32,000 nt of DNA from Longivirga aurantiaca (GCF_042660085.1 NZ_JBHSTI010000008.1:660001-692000), one strand, 5' to 3'. Shown: positions 19,748 through 29,289, counted from the stretch's first letter. Translations and numbers: made by a program. Notes: a model not told the origin generated them from the letters alone.

Positions 19748-19838
19748 GGTTCCCCCGGTGTGCTCGCGCCCATCCTGCCGAGCGCTTCGGGCGTTGGGGG
19801 TCGACACGCGCTCTCTGCGACGCGTATCGACCCCAGCT

Positions 19839-19900
19839 CCGCCCGATTCGGTAGTGGAATCTCGCGGCGGAGCGCGAGATTCCACTACCGAATCAGGCGG
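19839..19900. repeat. 62-nt imperfect inverted repeat / long hairpin overlapping the 3' end of the cbiX-like gene
   Basis: CCGCC-C-GATTCGGTAGTGGAATCTCGCG / loop GCGGAG / CGCGAGATTCCACTACCGAATC-A-GGCGG: 22 bp perfect, one mismatch, then 5 bp. Confidence 0.9.
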
Positions 19901-20517
19901 GCGGCGATGGCGTCGAGCATCGTGGGCTCGTCGAGGAGGGGGCCGCCGGCGACGGCGTACGGCGACTCCGCAGCGGCGGCGAGCACCGAGTCGAGCAGCC
20001 GCCCGGGCGCGAGCAGCCACGGAACGACCACGGTGCCCGGAGCCGACTCGGCGAGCCGCGCGCCCGGGCCGGTCGCGAACGCCGCGGATGCCGGCACGCC
20101 GGTGCGCGCCGACGCCACAGCGACCGCGTCGGCGAACGCCGCGCGCTCGTCGTCGACCTTCGTGCCCGCCGCAACCACTACGCATGAGGCGCCGGCCCGC
20201 AGCAGCGCGGCGTCGAGCACCTCCGGCGGATGGCCGAGCGGGTCGAGCAGCGTCACCGGTCGGGGGAGCGCAGCCACCGCAGCGGGGACGTCGACCCGCG
20301 CGTGGAACGCGGCCGACAGCAGCAGCGGCAGCACCACGACCTCGTCGTCGGCGCCGGCCGAAGCGACCGCGTCGTCCAGGCGCGGGAAGTCGTGGTCGAG
20401 GAACGCGCCGACCACGGGGAACCCCGCGCGGTCCGAGGCGCCGGCGGCCGCGCACGCCACCCAGCGCGCCGACCGCGGGTCGGGCGAGCCGTGCGCGAGC
20501 AGCACTCCGAGGGTCAT
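19885..20517 (-). CDS. Sirohydrochlorin chelatase-like (CbiX/SirB family)
   Basis: MTLGVLLAHGSPDPRSARW...VVVLPLLLSAAFHARVDVPAAVAAL...VVPWLLAPGRLLDSV, located at the end of a siroheme/sulfur operon. Confidence 0.8.
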   Translation of the reverse strand: MTLGVLLAHGSPDPRSARWVACAAAGASDRAGFPVVGAFLDHDFPRLDDAVASAGADDEVVVLPLLLSAAFHARVDVPAAVAALPRPVTLLDPLGHPPEVLDAALLRAGASCVVVAAGTKVDDERAAFADAVAVASARTGVPASAAFATGPGARLAESAPGTVVVPWLLAPGRLLDSVLAAAAESPYAVAGGPLLDEPTMLDAIAARLIR

Positions 20518-20542
20518 CGCATCACCGTGCCACAGAGCACGA

Positions 20543-21778
20543 TCAGTCGAGCTCTGGGGAGAACGGGCCGAGCCGGGAGCGGAGGGCGACGACGTCGCCC
20601 ACCACGACGACCGCGGGCGACTCGACGCCGCGCGCCTCGGCGAGGTCGGCGATGTCGGCCAGCGTGCCGACCGTGGTGCGCTGCGACGCCGTCCAGCCCC
20701 GCTCGACGATCGCGACCGGCGTCGAGGCAGGGCGTCCTGCCTCGATCAGCGCGGCGCAGGACGAGCGCAGCAGCCGCACTCCCATGAGCAGCACGAGAGT
20801 GGTCGACACCGAGTGCGAGCGAGCAGCCTCGACCACAGGGTCGATTCCGTCATGCGCCGACACCAGAGCGAACGACGTCGTCACGCCGCGATGCGTCACC
20901 GGGATCCCGGCCGCGGCGGGCACCGAGACCACCGACGTCACGCCAGGCACGACGGTGACGGGCACACCGGCCGCGTGGCAGTAGAGCGCCTCCTCGCCGC
21001 CGCGGCCCAGCACGAACGGGTCGCCGCCCTTGAGCCGTACGACGGTCAGCCCCTGCCGCGCGCGGTCGACCAGCACCTCGTTGATCTGGTCCTGCGTGAG
21101 CTGGTGGTGGCCGGGGGTCTTGCCGCAGTCGATCACCTCGACGTCGGCCGCGAGCGAAGCCAGCACCGACCGCGGCGCGAGCCGGTCGACCACGACCACG
21201 TCGGCCTGCGCCAGCAGGCGACGGCCTCGCACGGTCAGCAGCTCCTCGTCGCCGGGTCCGCCGCCCACGAGATGCACGACGCCGACGGCGGGAGCAGCGG
21301 CTGCGCGGGTACGCCGTACCGGCAGCGTGCCGGCGTCGAGCGCGGCGGCAACGGCGTCGCGCACGGCACGCGCACGTCCGGGATCGCCGCCGCCCGAGAC
21401 CGCGAGCACCACGCCGTCGGCGCCGCGGGCGACCGCCGGAGTCCAGGCGGCAGAACGGGATGCGTCGTCAGCGCGCACGCACCAGACCCGCGCGGCCTCG
21501 GCGTCGGCGGCCACGGCGTCGTCAACCAGCCGGTCGCCGGTCGCGGTGTGCACGAACCAGGCGCCGTCCAGATCACCGGCGGCGTACTCGCGCGCGTGCC
21601 ACTCCACCCGGCGGTCGGCCACGAGCAGCGCGAGGTCCTCGCACAGCCACGGCGCCACGACTTCGACCAGTGCACCCGACTCGACGAGCGAAGCAGCACG
21701 ACGCGCCGCGACGGGACCACCGCCGACCACCAGCGTGCGGCGACCGGCGAGGTCGAGGAAGACCGGGTACGTCGCCAT
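20543..21778 (-). CDS. cysG: Siroheme synthase: precorrin-2 dehydrogenase plus uroporphyrinogen-III C-methyltransferase
   Basis: MATYPVFLDLAGRRTLVVGGGPVAARRAASL (dehydrogenase domain) plus VHLVGGGPGDEELLTVRGRRLLAQADVVVVDRL and VRLKGGDPFVLGRGGEEA (methyltransferase). Confidence 0.92.
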   Translation of the reverse strand: MATYPVFLDLAGRRTLVVGGGPVAARRAASLVESGALVEVVAPWLCEDLALLVADRRVEWHAREYAAGDLDGAWFVHTATGDRLVDDAVAADAEAARVWCVRADDASRSAAWTPAVARGADGVVLAVSGGGDPGRARAVRDAVAAALDAGTLPVRRTRAAAAPAVGVVHLVGGGPGDEELLTVRGRRLLAQADVVVVDRLAPRSVLASLAADVEVIDCGKTPGHHQLTQDQINEVLVDRARQGLTVVRLKGGDPFVLGRGGEEALYCHAAGVPVTVVPGVTSVVSVPAAAGIPVTHRGVTTSFALVSAHDGIDPVVEAARSHSVSTTLVLLMGVRLLRSSCAALIEAGRPASTPVAIVERGWTASQRTTVGTLADIADLAEARGVESPAVVVVGDVVALRSRLGPFSPELD

Positions 21779-22662
21779 CAGCGCTGCCCGGTCGTGAGGC
21801 CGCGCGAGCGCAGCAGCCGGCGCTCGATCGGGGAGAACACCAGCAGCTCGATGCCCACGCCGACGATGAGGATCATGAGGATCGCCGCGAACACCAGGCT
21901 CATGTCGGAGAGCTCGCGGCCGATCTGCAGCACCTGACCGAGCGACGTGCCGAGCGCGGGGGAGAACGTGATGAGCTCGGCGGCCATCAGCGAGCGCCAG
22001 GCGAAGGCCCAGCCCTGGCGCAGGCCCGCGAGGTAGCCGGGCATCGCAGCCGGGAGCACGACGTACCGGATCGAGGCCCAGCCCCTCGCGCCGAGCACTC
22101 GCCCGACCCGCAGGTAGAGCGGAGGCACCTGCGAGACGCCGGCGAGCAGGCCGTTGGCGATCGACGGCACCGCGCCGAGCAGCACCACCATGTAGATCGC
22201 GGCGTCGGTGAGGCCGAACCAGATGATCGCAGCGGGCACCCAGGCCACCGAAGGGAGCGACTGCAGGCCCGACACGAGCGGCCCGATCGCCGTGCGCACG
22301 AAGCGGAACTGCGCGAGCAGCAGGCCGAGCGCGGTGCCGATCACGACCGACGCAGCGAAGCCCACGAACGCGCGGCGCAGCGAGTTCCACACCGCTTCCT
22401 GGACGGCCCCCTGCTGCCAGTAGGTGAGGAACGTGTCCCACACCATCTCCGGCGACGGGACGACGTACGTCGGCCTCACGTTCAACGCGACGACCACCGC
22501 CCACACCGCGACGAAGAACAGCACCGCCACGATGGGCGGGAGCACCGAGCGGCCGAGGCGCTTCCCGAGCGGGTCGCGGGCCTGGGTGGGGGTGTCGAGG
22601 GCGTCGAGGCCGGCCTCGAGCGAGGCGACGTCGTCGCGGTCGTCGATCGTGCCCTGGCTCAT
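21778..22662 (-). CDS. ssuC: ABC transporter permease, SsuC/TauC-like
   Basis: Multi-TM; YVVPSPEMVWDTFLTYWQQGAVQEAVWNSLRRAFVGFAASVVIGTALGLLLAQ...LRQGWAFAWRSLMAAEL. Confidence 0.82.
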   Translation of the reverse strand: MSQGTIDDRDDVASLEAGLDALDTPTQARDPLGKRLGRSVLPPIVAVLFFVAVWAVVVALNVRPTYVVPSPEMVWDTFLTYWQQGAVQEAVWNSLRRAFVGFAASVVIGTALGLLLAQFRFVRTAIGPLVSGLQSLPSVAWVPAAIIWFGLTDAAIYMVVLLGAVPSIANGLLAGVSQVPPLYLRVGRVLGARGWASIRYVVLPAAMPGYLAGLRQGWAFAWRSLMAAELITFSPALGTSLGQVLQIGRELSDMSLVFAAILMILIVGVGIELLVFSPIERRLLRSRGLTTGQR

Positions 22663-23501
22663 GACCGCACCTCCGAGGACGGGGTCGGGACGGCGTGGCG
22701 ACGGATCTCGCGGCGCAGGTCGTCGGTGATCTCCTTGGAGAGCTCGGACACCCCGGCCGACTCGATGCGTCGCGGGCCCTCGATCTCGACCTCCCAGCGA
22801 CGCACGAAGCGGCCCGGGCGCGACGACATGAGCTCGACCCGCTGGCCCAGGCGCACCGCTTCCCGGACGTTGTGGGTCACGAACACCACCGACAGCCCGG
22901 TGGCCTCCCACACACGGATGAGCTCCTCGTGCAGCACGTCGCGCGTGATGGCATCGAGGGACGCGAACGGCTCGTCCATGAGGAGGATGCGGGCGTCCTG
23001 CCCGAGCGCGCGAGCGAGCGCGACGCGCTGGCGCATGCCGCCCGACAGCTCGTGCACCCGGGACTTGTGCTGGCCGGCGAGGTGGACGACGTCGAGCAGC
23101 CTCTCGGCCTCGTCGCGGCGCTCGGCGCGCGGGACGCCGCGCAGCTTCAGCGCCAGCTCGATGTTCTGCCCGGCGGTGAGCCACGGGAACAGCGCCGACT
23201 CCTGGAACATGAGCGCCGCGTGGCCGCCGGGGGTGGCGACCGTGCCGCTCGTCGGGGCCTCGAGACCCGCGACGAGCGCCAGCAGCGTCGACTTCCCGCA
23301 GCCCGAGGCTCCGAGCAGCGAGACGAACTCCCCCTCCGCCACGGTGAGCGACACGTCCTGCAGCACCGCGGGGCGTGAGCCGTCGCGGTCGAAGCGCTTC
23401 GTGACGCGGTCCAGGACGATCGCGGCCTGCACCGTGGGCGGGGGCACATCGGCCCTCGCCCACGGCTCATGCCGCTCGTCGCCCACCGTGGCAGGGGTCA
23501 T
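22659..23501 (-). CDS. ssuB: ABC transporter ATP-binding protein, SsuB/TauB-like
   Basis: LLGASGCGKSTLLALVAGL, HELSGGMRQRVALARAL, LLMDEPFASLDAITRD, VVFVTHNVREAVRL. Confidence 0.85.
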   Translation of the reverse strand: MTPATVGDERHEPWARADVPPPTVQAAIVLDRVTKRFDRDGSRPAVLQDVSLTVAEGEFVSLLGASGCGKSTLLALVAGLEAPTSGTVATPGGHAALMFQESALFPWLTAGQNIELALKLRGVPRAERRDEAERLLDVVHLAGQHKSRVHELSGGMRQRVALARALGQDARILLMDEPFASLDAITRDVLHEELIRVWEATGLSVVFVTHNVREAVRLGQRVELMSSRPGRFVRRWEVEIEGPRRIESAGVSELSKEITDDLRREIRRHAVPTPSSEVRS

Positions 23502-23508
23502 GACGTGA

Positions 23509-24606
23509 TCACTCCGTCCCGAGACCTGCGGCCGAGACCGCTGCACCGCCGCGCGCCTTGAGCACGGCGTTGAGCAGGGCCAGGTCGTAGATGCCGTTGA
23601 GGTCGGCCTTGGTGGTGGTGCCGACCTCGACACCGTGGTCGGCGGAGACCTGCAGCGTCGAGGCGATCGGGTCGAGCGTGAGGGTGAGGTTCTCCCACGC
23701 CCGGTCGAGCACCTCGGGCTTGAGCTGCTTGCCGGTGAGCTCGAGCAGTGCGGCGTTCGCCGACTCCTTGGCCTTCGCGGCGTCCTTGGTCACGGCGTCG
23801 AGGGTGTCGGCCTCGGCCGTGAGCAGCTTCGTGATCGTGCCGGGGTACTTCTTCAGGTACTCGGTCGAGACGATGAGGTGCGTGGTGACGAAGGCGCCGT
23901 CCGGCCACAGGTCCTTCTCGTCCACGAGCACCTTGCCGCCGCCCTCGAGCACGAGGCGCGACGCCCACGGCTCCGGCACCCAGGCACCGGCGATGTCGCC
24001 CGCCTTGAACAGGTCGAGGGTCTGGGCGTTCTCCTGCGGCGCCACGGTCACGTCGCCGGCACCCTGCACCGGGGCCGACAGGCCCTGCTGCTTCAGCCAG
24101 TAGCGCAGGGCGACGTCCTGCGTGCCGCCGAGCTGCGGGGTGGCGACCGTCTTGCCCTTGAGGTCGGCCGCGCTCGTGATGTCCGGCTGGACGACGAGCT
24201 GGGCGCCGCCGCTCGAGGCTCCCGCGACGATGCGGACGGCCTCGCCGTTGCTCTTCACGAAGGCGTTGATGGCCGGGTTGGGGCCGATGTACGTCGCGTC
24301 GAGGGCGCCGGCGAACAGCGCCTCGACGGCAGCCGGGCCCGCGTTGAAGATCTGGGTCTCGAGCTTGGTGGAGCCGAGAGCCTTCGCGTATGTGCCGTCC
24401 TGGACGCCGACGAGCGGCAGGGCGTGCGTGATGTTCGCGAAGTAGCCGAGGCGCAGCGTCTCGGCCTCACCGTTCCCGCTCACCGCGACGTCGTCGGCGC
24501 TCGACGTGCCGCAGGCGGCGAGGCCCACGGCGACGAGCAGGGCGGCGGCGGACGCGGCGAGCGTGCGTCGGAGACGGGACCCCGGAGTTCTGGTGGTGCT
24601 GGTCAT
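23509..24606 (-). CDS. ssuA: ABC transporter substrate-binding lipoprotein, SsuA/TauA-like (sulfonate or sulfate)
   Basis: Lipobox LLVAVGLAACG; LRLGYFANITHALPLVGVQDGTYAKALGSTKLETQIFNAGPAAVEALFAGALDATYIGPNPAINAF. Confidence 0.82.
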   Translation of the reverse strand: MTSTTRTPGSRLRRTLAASAAALLVAVGLAACGTSSADDVAVSGNGEAETLRLGYFANITHALPLVGVQDGTYAKALGSTKLETQIFNAGPAAVEALFAGALDATYIGPNPAINAFVKSNGEAVRIVAGASSGGAQLVVQPDITSAADLKGKTVATPQLGGTQDVALRYWLKQQGLSAPVQGAGDVTVAPQENAQTLDLFKAGDIAGAWVPEPWASRLVLEGGGKVLVDEKDLWPDGAFVTTHLIVSTEYLKKYPGTITKLLTAEADTLDAVTKDAAKAKESANAALLELTGKQLKPEVLDRAWENLTLTLDPIASTLQVSADHGVEVGTTTKADLNGIYDLALLNAVLKARGGAAVSAAGLGTE

Positions 24607-24660
24607 CTGGATCGAACCTTTCGTACGGACGGATGGGATGTCGTGCGCGAAGAGGACCTG

Positions 24661-25983
24661 TCAGTCCTCGGTACATCGCGCGACGACGGCCATGCCGGCC
24701 GCGAGGGTCGAGCCCTCCTGGTCGTCGACGAGCAGGAAGGCGCCCGTACGACGGAGCCGCGAGTAGTCGTCCGCGGCGACCGGCTCGGCGAGCCGGAGGG
24801 TGATGCGTCCGATGTCGTTCAGCACCAGCGCCTGGTCGTACGGCGAGGCCTGCAGGGTCTCGAGGTCGAGGCGCGACACGACCGACTGCACCCGGGCCCG
24901 CACGGTGCGGGTGCCGTGGCGCAGCAGCACACGGTCGCCTGCGGCGATCGCACGCTCGGACAGCACGCAGACGTCGCCCTCGAGGTCCGGCGACGCCGTG
25001 GCGGCGTCGTCGGACGCGGCGATGAGGTCGCCGCGCGAGATGTCGACGTCGTCGGTGAGGCGCAGCGACACCGACTGCGGCGCGAACGCCTCGAGGAGAG
25101 GTCCGTCGAGCCCGTCGATGGCGGCCACGGTGGTGGTCCGCCCCGACGGCAGGACGACGACGGGATCTCCGACGCGCACGACCCCGTGCGCCACGCGGCC
25201 CGCATAGCCGCGGTGGTCGGGGTGCTCCTCGGTCTGAGGACGGATGACGTACTGGACCGGGAAGCGGAAGGGCTCTGCCGCAGGGTCCTCGCCGACCGGG
25301 ACGGCCTCGAGGTGCTGGAGCAGCGTCGGGCCGTCGTACCAGGGGGTGCGCCCCGAGCGGTCGACCACGTTGTCGCCCTGGAGCGCCGAGAGCGGGATGG
25401 CGACGACGTCCTGCACCCCGAGGGTGGCGGCCAGGGCGACGAACTCGTCGCGGATCGCGGTGAACACGGCCTCGTCGAAGCCGACGAGGTCCATCTTGTT
25501 CACCGCGAGCGCGACGTGCCGCACCCCGAGGAGTGCGGCGGCGGCGGCGTGCCGGCGGGTCTGCTCGACGACGCCGTGCCGCGCGTCGACGAGCACGAGC
25601 GCGAGCTCGGCGGTCGAGGCACCCGTGACCATGTTGCGCGTGTACTGCACGTGCCCCGGGGTGTCGGCGAGGATGAACGACCGCGTCGCCGTCGTGAAGT
25701 AGCGGTAGGCGACGTCGATCGTGATGCCCTGCTCGCGCTCGGCGCGGAGGCCGTCGGTGAGCAGCGCGAGGTCGGCGCCGTCGAAGCCCTTGGCCAGCGA
25801 CGCGCGCTCGACCGCGGCGAGGGTGTCGGCGAGCACCGACTTCGTGTCGTGCAGCAGCCGGCCGACGAGGGTCGACTTGCCGTCGTCGACCGAGCCGGCG
25901 GTGGCGAACCGCAGGAGCTCGTGCGGAGCGTCGCCGGCCCCGTGGCTGAGCAGGTCGGCCGCGTTCTCGTGGAGTGCGGTCAT
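24661..25983 (-). CDS. cysN: Sulfate adenylyltransferase subunit 1 (GTPase)
   Basis: LRFATAGSVDDGKSTLVGRLLHDTKSVLADTLAAVERAS...EREQGITIDVAYRYFTTATRSFILADTPGHVQYTRNMVTGAS. Confidence 0.93.
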   Translation of the reverse strand: MTALHENAADLLSHGAGDAPHELLRFATAGSVDDGKSTLVGRLLHDTKSVLADTLAAVERASLAKGFDGADLALLTDGLRAEREQGITIDVAYRYFTTATRSFILADTPGHVQYTRNMVTGASTAELALVLVDARHGVVEQTRRHAAAAALLGVRHVALAVNKMDLVGFDEAVFTAIRDEFVALAATLGVQDVVAIPLSALQGDNVVDRSGRTPWYDGPTLLQHLEAVPVGEDPAAEPFRFPVQYVIRPQTEEHPDHRGYAGRVAHGVVRVGDPVVVLPSGRTTTVAAIDGLDGPLLEAFAPQSVSLRLTDDVDISRGDLIAASDDAATASPDLEGDVCVLSERAIAAGDRVLLRHGTRTVRARVQSVVSRLDLETLQASPYDQALVLNDIGRITLRLAEPVAADDYSRLRRTGAFLLVDDQEGSTLAAGMAVVARCTED

Positions 25984-25985
25984 GG

Positions 25986-26897
25986 CTAGAAGTACCCCTC
26001 GCGCTTGCGGTCTTCCATGGCTGCCTCGGTGAGGCGGTCGTCGGCGCGGGTGGCGCCGCGCTCGGTGATGGTGCTGACGGCGACCTCGGCGATCACCTCG
26101 GCGACGCTGGACGCCGTCGAGTCGACCGCGCCCGTGCAGGACATGTCGCCGACCGTGCGGTAGCGGATCGTGCGGCGCTGCACGACCTCGTCGCCCTGGG
26201 GGCCGCCCCACCCGCCGGCGGTGAGCCACATGCCGTCGCGCAGGAACACGTCGCGCTCGTGCGCGTAGTAGATCGACGGCAGCTCGATGCCCTCGCGGAG
26301 CACGTACTCCCAGATGTCGACCTCGGTCCAGTTCGACAGCGGGAAGACGCGCACGTGCTCCCCGGCGCGGTGGCGGCCGTTGTAGAGGTCCCACAGCTCG
26401 GGGCGCTGGCGGCGCGGGTCCCACTGGCCGAACTCATCGCGCAGGGAGAACACGCGCTCCTTGGCGCGCGCCTTCTCCTCGTCGCGCCGCCCGCCGCCGA
26501 AGACGGAGTCGAACTTCCCGCCCTCGATCGCGTCGAGCAGCGGCACGGTCTGCAGGGGGTTGCGCGTGCCGTCCGGGCGCTCGCGCAGCTTCCCGTTGTC
26601 GATGTAGTCCTGCACCGACTGCACGATCAGGCGCACGCCGTAGCGCTCGACGGCCTCGTCGCGGAAGGCGATGACCTCGGGGAAGTTGTGGCCGGTGTCG
26701 ACGTGCAGCACCGGGAACGGCACCGCCGCGGGCGCGAACGCCTTCGCCGCGAGATGCAGCATCACGACCGAGTCCTTGCCGCCGCTGAACAGCAGCACCG
26801 GTCGCTCGAGCTCGCCCGCGACCTCGCGGATGATGTGCACCGCCTCGGCCTCGAGGGTGTCGAGCTGGCTGAGGCGGCGCGTCGACGTCGCGCTCAC
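25986..26897 (-). CDS. cysD: Sulfate adenylyltransferase subunit 2
   Basis: LDTLEAEAVHIIREVAGELERPVLLFSGGKDSVVMLHLAAKAF...FDSVFGGGRRDEEKARAKERVFSLRDEFGQWDPRRQRPELWDLYNGRH; GTG start. Confidence 0.93.
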   Translation of the reverse strand: MSATSTRRLSQLDTLEAEAVHIIREVAGELERPVLLFSGGKDSVVMLHLAAKAFAPAAVPFPVLHVDTGHNFPEVIAFRDEAVERYGVRLIVQSVQDYIDNGKLRERPDGTRNPLQTVPLLDAIEGGKFDSVFGGGRRDEEKARAKERVFSLRDEFGQWDPRRQRPELWDLYNGRHRAGEHVRVFPLSNWTEVDIWEYVLREGIELPSIYYAHERDVFLRDGMWLTAGGWGGPQGDEVVQRRTIRYRTVGDMSCTGAVDSTASSVAEVIAEVAVSTITERGATRADDRLTEAAMEDRKREGYF

Positions 26898-27607
26898 GTG
26901 TGCAGCCCGCACTCGGTCTTGCCGGTGCCGCTCCAGCGGCCCGCGCGGGGGTCCTCGCCCTCGGCCACGGGCCGGGTGCACGGTGCGCAGCCGATCGACG
27001 CGTAGCCGATCTGGCGCAGCGGGTTCATGAGCACGCCGTTCGCCGCGGCGTACGCGTCGACGTCGTCCTGCGTCCAGGCGGCGAGCGGGTTGAGCTTCAC
27101 CTTGTCGCGGCGCGCATCCCAGCCCACGACGTCGATGTCCTTGCGGGTCGGGGCGTCCTCGCGGCGCATGCCCGTGACCCAGGCGTCGTACGGCGACAGC
27201 CCGCGCTCGAGCGGCTCGACCTTGCGGATCGCGCAGCACGCGTCGGGGTCGCGCGCGAACAGGTCCTCGCCGTGCAGGCGGGCCTGCTGCTCGATGCTCA
27301 GCAGCGGCAGGATCGTCTTCACGTGGATGTCGTAGACCGCGTCGACGGCGTCGCGCGTGCCGATCGTCTCCGGAAAGTGGTACCCCGTGTCGAGGAACAG
27401 GACGTCGACTCCGGGCGCGTCGACCGACGCGAGGTGCACGAGCACCTCGTCGCCCATCGAGCTCGCGACGACGAGGTTGTCGCCGAAGGTCTGGCGCGCC
27501 CAGCGCAGCGACACCTTCGCCTGCTCGACGACGTCGTCGCCGACCGCGGCGACCAGCGCGGCGCCGTCCTGCACCTGCGAGCGCAGCGTCTCGGTGGGAG
27601 CGGTCAT
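26894..27607 (-). CDS. cysH: Assimilatory phosphoadenylyl/adenylyl-sulfate reductase, [4Fe-4S] APS reductase type
   Basis: VVASSMGDEVLVHLASVDAPGVDVLFLDTGYHFPET...DPDACCAIRKVEPLERGL...IGYASIGCAPCTRPVAEGEDPRAGRWSGTGKTECGLH. Confidence 0.93.
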   Translation of the reverse strand: MTAPTETLRSQVQDGAALVAAVGDDVVEQAKVSLRWARQTFGDNLVVASSMGDEVLVHLASVDAPGVDVLFLDTGYHFPETIGTRDAVDAVYDIHVKTILPLLSIEQQARLHGEDLFARDPDACCAIRKVEPLERGLSPYDAWVTGMRREDAPTRKDIDVVGWDARRDKVKLNPLAAWTQDDVDAYAAANGVLMNPLRQIGYASIGCAPCTRPVAEGEDPRAGRWSGTGKTECGLHT

Positions 27608-29289
27608 GCCAGTGCCTCCTCGTCGGCACGGCGGGCCCACGAGCCGAACGACTCGTCGCCCTCGCGCTGCTCGGTGAAGCGGCCCACCACGCGCTCGACG
27701 TAGTCGGGCAGCTCGGCCGCGCTCACCTTGAGGCCGCGGGGCTTGCGGCCGAGACCGGCGTCGGGCCCGAGCTCGCCGCCGAGGTGCACCTGGAAGCCCT
27801 CGGCCTGGTTGCCGTCGGCGTCGGTGACGAGCATCCCCTTGAGGCCGATGTCGGCCACCTGGATGCGGGCGCACGAGTTGGGGCAGCCGTTCACGTGGAT
27901 CGACAGGGGCGAGTCGAAGGTGGGCAGCCGGTCCTCGAGCTGTGCGACGAGAGAGGCCGCGTTGCCCTTGGTCTCGACGATCGCGAGCTTGCAGAACTCG
28001 ATGCCGGTGCAGGCCATCGTGCCGCGGCGGAACTCGCTCGGGCGCACCTCGAGCCCGAGCTCGTGGAGCCCGGCAACGAGCGGCTCGACCTCGGCCTCGG
28101 GGACGTCGAGCACCACGAGCTTCTGCTGCGCGGTGAGGCGGATGCGTCCGGTCCCGTGCGCCTCGGCGAGGTCGGCGATGCGGTGCAGCACGGTGCCGCT
28201 GACGCGGCCGACCGTGGGTGCGGCGCCGACGTACGACAGGCCGTCCTGCTGCGGGTAGACGCCGACGTGGTCGCGGCGGCCCGGGTACGGCGCGGCAGCG
28301 GGCCCGTCGAGCAGCGTGCGCTTCAGGTACTGCGTCTCGATGACCTCGCGCACCTTCGCGGCGCCCCAGTCCGAGACGAGGAACTTCAGGCGGGCACGGG
28401 TGCGCAGTCGGCGGTAGCCGTAGTCGCGGAAGACCGAGATCACGGCCTCCCACACGTCGGCGACCTCCTCGAGCGGGACCCACACGCCGAGGCGCTGGGC
28501 GAGCAACGGGTTGGTCGAGAGCCCGCCGCCGACGTACACGTCGAACCCGGGGCCGTGCTCGGGGTGGACGACACCGATGAACGAGACGTCGTTGATCTCG
28601 TGCGCGACGTCCTGGCGCGGCGATCCCGAGACCGCCGACTTGAACTTGCGCGGGAGGTTCGAGAAGCGCGGGTCGCCGACGTACCGGCGCACGATCTCCT
28701 CGATCGCGGGGGTGCCGTCGATGATCTCGTCGGCCGCGACGCCGGCCACGGGGGAGCCGAGGACCACGCGAGGCGTGTCGCCGCACGCCTCGCTGGTGGT
28801 GAGGCCGACGCCCTCGAGCCGCTGCCAGATCGCGGGCACGTCCTCGATGCGCACCCAGTGCAGCTGCACGTTCTGGCGGTCGGTGATGTCGGCGGTGTCG
28901 CGTGCGTAGGTCTGCGACACGTCCGCGATGGCGCGCAGCTGCTCGGGGGAGAGGATGCCGCCGTCGCTGCGGATGCGGAGCATGAAGTACTCGTCGTCGA
29001 GCTCGTCCGGCTCGAGCGAGGCCGTCCTGCCGCCGTCGATCCCGGGCTTGCGCTGGGTGTAGAGCCCCCACCAGCGCATCCGCCCGCGCAGGTCGCTCGG
29101 GTCGATCGAGGCGAACCCGGCGTCGGCGTAGGTGCCCTCGATGCGGGCGCGCACGTTGAGGCCGTCGTCCTCGCGCTTGAACGTCTCGTTCGCGTTCAGG
29201 GGCGCGGTCTCGCCGAGGCCCCACTGGCCGTGACCGCCCTCGGGGCGGGCCTTCGGCGTACGGGCGGGTGCGGTGGGCTCAGGGGCCAC
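27604..29289 (-). CDS. sir: Nitrite/sulfite reductase, assimilatory ferredoxin-sulfite reductase type
   Basis: 561 aa with siroheme/4Fe-4S motifs TACTGIEFCKLA-like GTMACTGIEFCKLAIVETK and HVNGCPNSCARIQVADIG; GTG start 29289 preceded by GAGGAG. Confidence 0.92.
   Translation of the reverse strand: MAPEPTAPARTPKARPEGGHGQWGLGETAPLNANETFKREDDGLNVRARIEGTYADAGFASIDPSDLRGRMRWWGLYTQRKPGIDGGRTASLEPDELDDEYFMLRIRSDGGILSPEQLRAIADVSQTYARDTADITDRQNVQLHWVRIEDVPAIWQRLEGVGLTTSEACGDTPRVVLGSPVAGVAADEIIDGTPAIEEIVRRYVGDPRFSNLPRKFKSAVSGSPRQDVAHEINDVSFIGVVHPEHGPGFDVYVGGGLSTNPLLAQRLGVWVPLEEVADVWEAVISVFRDYGYRRLRTRARLKFLVSDWGAAKVREVIETQYLKRTLLDGPAAAPYPGRRDHVGVYPQQDGLSYVGAAPTVGRVSGTVLHRIADLAEAHGTGRIRLTAQQKLVVLDVPEAEVEPLVAGLHELGLEVRPSEFRRGTMACTGIEFCKLAIVETKGNAASLVAQLEDRLPTFDSPLSIHVNGCPNSCARIQVADIGLKGMLVTDADGNQAEGFQVHLGGELGPDAGLGRKPRGLKVSAAELPDYVERVVGRFTEQREGDESFGSWARRADEEALA

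Noticed and set aside
19839-19900. Interpretation of the long hairpin as a canonical Rho-independent terminator
   Set aside because: No T/A-rich tail on either side, and the palindrome overlaps coding sequence. Retained instead as a possible repeat element.
19109-21937. 942-aa plus-strand ORF antisense to the cysG/cbiX/coiled-coil genes
   Set aside because: Low-complexity His/Arg/Ala-rich composition typical of antisense frames in high-GC DNA. It lies opposite genes with clear domain motifs.
21460-23508. 682-aa plus-strand ORF opposite ssuB/ssuC
   Set aside because: Antisense artefact with skewed composition; the minus strand has ABC signature motifs and coupled gene overlaps.
23635-25989. 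784-aa plus-strand ORF opposite ssuA and cysN
   Set aside because: Spurious high-GC antisense ORF; the minus strand encodes intact CysN and SsuA with canonical motifs.
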